Part shown: positions 62,513 through 64,000 of the stretch, in pieces
How the letters are laid out: the number at the start of each line of letters is the position of its first letter
Position numbering within the stretch: the first letter of the stretch is position 1
From: Tubulanus polymorphus
Taxonomy: Eukaryota > Animalia > Nemertea
Assembly: GCF_964204645.1 (NCBI RefSeq)
Contig: NC_134025.1
Location: 4,154,001-4,218,000 of the forward strand
Reading direction: 5' to 3'
Length of the DNA: 64,000 bases
Translations under genes and position numbers: made by a program
Notes under the pieces: model-generated
Database searches by the model: none
Seen by the model: only the letters and a program-made list of their open reading frames with translations
Told to the model about the DNA's origin: nothing

Positions 62513-64000
62513 ATGTTCCGACATCAAGTACAGTTAACTAATAAGATAATAAAGTGCGCGTCTAAAGTGGCCGGGCGCCGCTGTTTACGAAGTTATCATT
62601 CGGATGAAGGTGTATTTGGGTTCAAGAATGACAAATCTGCGAGATCCGTCTCTAATCTGGAATCATCCAATACAGACAATGGTGAGTTGCTAAGTTGAAT
62701 TGCACTACATGTATCTTTCATTTTGGTATCTATCTTATATGCTAGAGTGGGTGCTTTATTTCTAATAGTTGAAGAGGATGATCATCGACCAATGTCCTGG
62801 TGGAAAAAATTATTTTTCCACGACCAAGGGCGACGCAAAAAATCTGAAAATTCAGGTATTTTTGTTGAAAGTTGTTTTCCATGAATGTTACTCCACATAA
62901 TTAGTTATTTCTTAGTAAGCTATCTATTTTTCAGCATGATTTGAAGTTTTCTGCTTGCACCAGATTCAGAATATTTGTTTGTATTTTGATTTAAACTTCT
63001 ATAGGCGCTTTTACGAAATTGAATCTGATTCGGTTTAGCTAAATCTGATTCGATGTCGGAAAACAAAAGGTTTAGTAAATCGAATCGTTTTTCGTAAATG
63101 AGTCAAATTTATCAATTTATCAATTTAAAGGTCGCGATTCAAAAGAAAATGGGCGTCAATGGTGACCGAATTATTGATAGATGATGGTCTGCGATAGATG
63201 TCTTAAGCCCTCGGTCGAAGAGGACGCCATGTTGGATTTCACTGACTAAATCGCTACTAATTTGCTGGCCGAGCAAGTTAGTCGATTTAATAAATCAGTT
63301 TACTAAACCGCGTCCATAAACAATTGGATTTATTAAACCCGATTCACTAAACCGCGGGCCGTAAACGTGAAACTTAAATCGATTTACAAAGATTCAGTTT
63401 CGTAAAAGCGCCTATTGTGTAATGAAATTACTAATAATGCAGTATTTTTATATATATGTATACATATATATATATAGGTGAATTATATAGATTTTTTCTT
63501 ACTGTCCATTATTCATTACAGATGAGCGCATTTAGCTTACAGAATTATCTATGTTTAGAAGCATTTTCTTAACATGTAGACTTAAGTGCAATGATTTTTG
63601 GTCCAATCTATGGATGATTGACGAAGAACTTGATTTTTGATTTCAGTGAATGTTGATCTCATTGATAACGCACATGTCATACGCCTGGTACAAGCTTACA
63701 GAGAATATGGACATAAAAAGGCTAAGATTGATCCATTAGGAATCATGAAATCACAGTCAGTAAAAATTGTAAGCTATACCAAAAATACTCTGCTGTAAAA
63801 TGTTTTTAAATGGCCATTTACACTTACAGACCAGCACCAGAATTAAAGCCAGAATTATACGGCTTATCTGTACAGTCCCCTGCATCGTTCAATGTCAAAG
63901 GAATTCTTCATTCTGAATTAACGAATGCAACGTGTGCAGAACTAGTCAATGAACTGGAGAATATATACTGCGGAGTTATTGGAGCAGAATTCCAGCATTT
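62513..64000 (+). CDS. DHTKD1: 2-oxoadipate dehydrogenase E1 component, mitochondrial; 5' part, runs off the window
   Basis: Exons 62513-62681, 63647-63755, 63830-64000+. Presequence then YHSDEGVFGF; RLVQAYREYGHKKAKIDPL; LENIYCGVIGAEFQH. The short N-terminus fits DHTKD1 rather than OGDH. Confidence 0.85.
63004..63412. mobile_element. MITE in DHTKD1 intron 1
   Basis: TIRs GGCGCTTTTACGAAATTGAATCT and AGATTCAGTTTCGTAAAAGCGCC (one mismatch), TA on both flanks, subterminal repeats ACTAAACCGCG..CC.TAAAC. Confidence 0.85.

Noticed and set aside
16061-64000. ALDH6A1 and DHTKD1 as a mitochondrial amino-acid catabolism cluster
   Set aside because: They are over 40 kb apart, act in different pathways and have unrelated genes in between.

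Overview
This is eukaryotic, AT-rich, intron-dense animal DNA with many introns under 100 bp. It looks like a compact lophotrochozoan-type invertebrate genome, but the taxon is an inference. Ten protein-coding genes could be reconstructed by hand from GT-AG exons: RNPC3 (-), spastin (+), ALDH6A1 (-), a Trk-like (TrkL-type) receptor tyrosine kinase (+), a CYP3-clan P450 (-), a Tamalin/GRASP-CYTIP-like PDZ scaffold (-), SCYL1 (+), IFT57 (+), RTF1 (-) and the 5' part of DHTKD1 (+). Three pairs are tightly head-to-head. Mobile DNA comprises a decayed CR1/L2-type LINE 3' fragment, a probable tRNA-derived SINE, a ~550-bp foldback element and several MITEs. I see no CRISPR array, operon or clearly new multi-gene system. 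The best leads are the minimal TrkL receptor with no visible signal peptide, the intronless RNPC3 CDS, two in-frame candidate cassette exons plus an intronic RFX X-box in spastin, a remodelled SCYL1 tail, a perfect 37-bp hairpin in the LINE tail, a decayed duplicated exon in the P450, and the long foldback upstream of IFT57. Exon boundaries were read by eye and may be off by a few bases.
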